Under the pieces are notes generated by a model, which searched no databases, was not told where the DNA came from, and worked only from the letters and a program-made list of their open reading frames with translations. The translations under genes were made by a program, and so were the position numbers. From assembly GCF_028641065.1 (NCBI RefSeq), contig NC_073380.1, positions 55,738,001 to 55,802,000 of the forward strand: a stretch of DNA of 64,000 nt, read 5' to 3'. Positions 61,055-64,000 of this stretch are shown piece after piece; the stretch's first letter is position 1; each line of letters starts with the position of its first letter. The DNA comes from Leucoraja erinacea. Its lineage: Eukaryota.

Positions 61055-62686
61055 TAACCATATAACCATATAACAATTACAGCACGGAAACAGGCAATCT
61101 CGGCAGTACAAGTCCATGCCGAACAACTTTTTTCTCCTTAGTCCCACCTGCCTGCACTCATACCATAACCCTCCATTCCCTTCTCATCCATATGCCTATC
61201 AAATTCATTTTTAAATGATACCAACGAACCTGCCTCCACCACTTCCACTGGAAGCTCATTCCACACTGCTACCACTCTCTGAGTAAAGAAGTTCCCCCTC
61301 ATGTTACCCCTAAACTTCTGTCCCTTAATTCTGAAGTCATGTCCTCTTGTTTGAATCTTCCCTATTCTCAAAGGCAAAGGCCTGTCCACATCAACTGTCT
61401 ATCCCTCTCATCATTTTAAAGACCTCTATCAAGTCCCCCCTTAACCTTTTGCGCTCCAGAGAATAAAGACCTAACTTATTCAACCTATCTCTGTAACTTA
61501 GTTGTTGAAACCCAGGCAACCCATTCTAGTAAATCTCCTCTGTACTCTCTATTTTGTTGACATCCTTCCTATAATTGGGCGAACAAAATTGTACGCCATA
61601 CTCCTGATTTGGTCTCACCAATGCCTTGTACAATTTTAACATTACAACCCAGCTTCTATACTCAATGCTCTGATTTATAAAGGCTAGAATACCAAAAGCT
61701 TTCTTTACCACCCTATCTATATGAGATTCCACCTTCAAGGAACTATGCACGGTTATTTCCCAGATCCCTCTGTTCAACTGTATTCTTCAATTCCCTCCCA
61801 TTTACCATGTACGTCCTATTTTGATTTGTCCTGCCAAGGTGTAGCACCTCACATTTATCAGCATTAAACTCCATCTGCCATCTTTCAGCCCATTCTTCCA
61901 AATGGCCTAAATCCCTCTGTAGACTTTGGAAATCCTCTTCATTATCCACAACACCCCCTATCTTGGTATCATCTGCATACTTAATAATCCAATTTACCAC
62001 ACCTTCATCCAGATCATTGATGTACATGACAAACAACAAAGGACCCAACACAGATCCCTGAGGCACCCCACTAGTCACCTGCCTCCAACCCGACAAACAG
62101 CCATCCACCATTACCCTCTGGCTTCTCCCATTCAGCCACTGTTGAATCCATCTTGCTACTCCTGCATTTATACCCAACAGTTGAACCTTCTTAACCAACC
62201 TTCCATGAGGAACCTTGTCAAAGGCCTTACTAAAGTCCATATAGACAACATCCACTGCTTTACCCTCGTCAATTTCCCTAGTAACCTCTTCAAAAAATTC
62301 AAGAAGATTAGTCAAACATGACCTTCCAGGCACAAATCCATGTTGTCTGTTCCTAATCAGACCCTGTTTATCCAGATGCTTATATATATTATCTCTAAGT
62401 ATCTTTTCCATTAATTTGCCCACCACTGAAGTCAAACTAACAGGTCTATAATTGTTAGGTTTACTCTTAGAACCCTTTTTAAACAATGGAACAACATGCG
62501 CAGTACGCCAATCCTCGGGGACTATTCCCGTTTCTAATGACATTTGAAATATTTCTGTCATAGCCCCGGCTGTTTCTACACTAACTTCCCTCAATGTCCT
62601 AGGGAATATCCTGTCAGGACCTGGAGAATTATCCACTTTTATATTTTTCAAAAGTGTCAGTACTTATTTTACTTTGAAACTCATAG
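61055..62686 (-). mobile_element. 5'-truncated CR1 LINE (1.6 kb) with RT domain, frameshifted
   Basis: ORF 61743-62651 NYRPVSLTS..QHGF..YMDFSKAFDKVPH..SGVPQGSVLGP..YADD, continuing in 61526-61777 and 61138-61389; (TAACCATA)n tail. Confidence 0.95.
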
Positions 62687-62894
62687 CTAAGAAACTATAA
62701 ATCCTGGTTAGAATTGATAGGTTAGTCCAAAGGGCTTGTTTCCAAGCTGTATGACTATATGGCAACTTGAAAGGTACTTGATAGGGATTTATAACCTAAG
62801 AAGCATATTTGAACCATATGCACTATCGTAATTTAGGAAACATAGCAAAGTCCCTAATTAGCAATGCCGCAATGATCACCTAATCTAATGAAAT

Positions 62895-63268
62895 TAGAGC
62901 GCAGGAGGATGAGGGGTGATCTTATAGAGGTGTACAAAATCATGAGAAAAATAGACTGGATAAATGCACAGAGTCTCTTGCCCAGAGTAGGGGAATCAAG
63001 AACCAGAGGACATAAGTTTAACATGAGGTGGGGGAAGATTTAATAGGAACCTGAGCGTTAATTATTTTTACACAAAGGGTGGTGGGTGTATGGAACAAGT
63101 TGCCGGAGAAGGTAGTTGAGGTAGGTACTATCACAATGTTTAACAAACATGGAGGGATATGGACTAAACACAGGCAGGTGGTACTAGTGTAGAAGGGGCA
63201 TAGTGGTCAGTGTGGGTAAGTTGGGTCGAAGGACCTGTTTCCAAGCTGTATGATTCTATGACTCTAAA
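62895..63268 (+). mobile_element. CR1 3' fragment
   Basis: gagcgcaggaggatgaggggtgatcttatagaggtgtacaaaatc...gggtcgaaggacctgtttcc. Confidence 0.8.
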
Positions 63269-63294
63269 TTGTTCAAGAGATAAAGTTGGCGGAG

Positions 63295-63545
63295 AAAGCA
63301 CGGGTAACTCCCCTGCTCTTTGAATTAGTGCAAATAAATCTGTTATATCTACCTTAGGGGACATGGCAGGTCTTGATTTGGCATCTCATCCAGAAGACTA
63401 CACCTCAAACAGGGTAGTACTCCTTCAGAATTGCGCAAAAGTGTCAACCTAAAATGTTGTGCTCAAGGTAACTGGAGATGAAATATGAACCTGGAACCTT
63501 CTGACTTGCTGCTAAGAGAGTCACCAGCTGAGACAGCCAAGTTGA
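63295..63545 (-). mobile_element. Old Deu-domain SINE (SacSINE/AmnSINE-like) fragment
   Basis: catctcatccagaagac..cacctc..acagggtagtactccttcag..gtgtcaacct..gtgctcaag..gaacctggaaccttctgact resembles the reversed Deu core and head from memory. Confidence 0.55.
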
Positions 63546-64000
63546 AGTTTAAATTTTATTCCACAATCTCGTGTAAACATTTAACTAATGCAAAGCTTAA
63601 AATGACCACCTTGACAGTGGTAAGATTCAATGTCGTGAGCCAGAATTATTTTTATGAATATCCCCATGACTGCTAAAACCATTCCTAAGTGATGTGCTAA
63701 GCTGTCAATAAGGTAGCAATAAAGAAAGACCAAATGACAAGTGTATTTGCTTTATGGGAAATCTTGAACAGTTTTTGTGATTTCATTGACCATTCTTCTC
63801 CCCCAATGCAGTCAGAGCTTTGCTCGATCAAATTACCTCTAATCTTCATTGCTCATGCTGAGTTCTGAAAATGCCATTCATTAGGTCTGCAATATAGTGC
63901 TCTACTATCTTACACTATTGTACAAAGTATCATTGTGTCTAATGTACAGTACACTGAACTGAATACAAGAAAAGAATTTCATTGTACTCAGGTACACGTG

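Noticed and set aside
63485-63676. ORF starting MNLEPSDL, superficially like the VPS13B N-terminus expected downstream of osr2
   Set aside because: Lies in a SINE remnant with no further similarity; I found no VPS13B or STK3 exon in the window

Overview
Vertebrate genomic DNA with three N-gaps. The repeat content (HE1/V-SINE, CR1, Rex1/Babar, DIRS, Penelope-derived repeats, Deu-type SINE) suggests a cartilaginous fish, probably a skate or ray; this is an inference. The only host gene I can support is osr2 (odd-skipped related 2) on the + strand. Its coding exons are 5301-5956, 8125-8224 and 8793-8975, giving 312 aa with five C2H2 fingers. An internal alternative acceptor at 8875 would give a 276-aa three-finger form like mammalian Osr2B. 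The gene flanks are repeat-poor out to about 17 kb; the rest of the window is a dense transposon field. It holds two full-length DIRS tyrosine-recombinase retrotransposons with ITR/ICR ends, a full-length Rex1/Babar LINE, many CR1 fragments, three head-to-tail Helitron-like units, two MITEs and dozens of Penelope-derived repeats carrying a minimal hammerhead-ribozyme-like core. Most interesting: (i) two 28-32 bp CAAAGAT...ATCTTTG hairpins, each flanked by an 8-bp target duplication, that look like P-element excision footprints; (ii) a DIRS with perfectly matched ends but shredded ORFs; (iii) the hammerhead-like Penelope repeats with inverted insertions; (iv) a spacer-less ~172-bp palindrome fused to a Helitron end. 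Boundaries of old repeats are approximate, read by eye.
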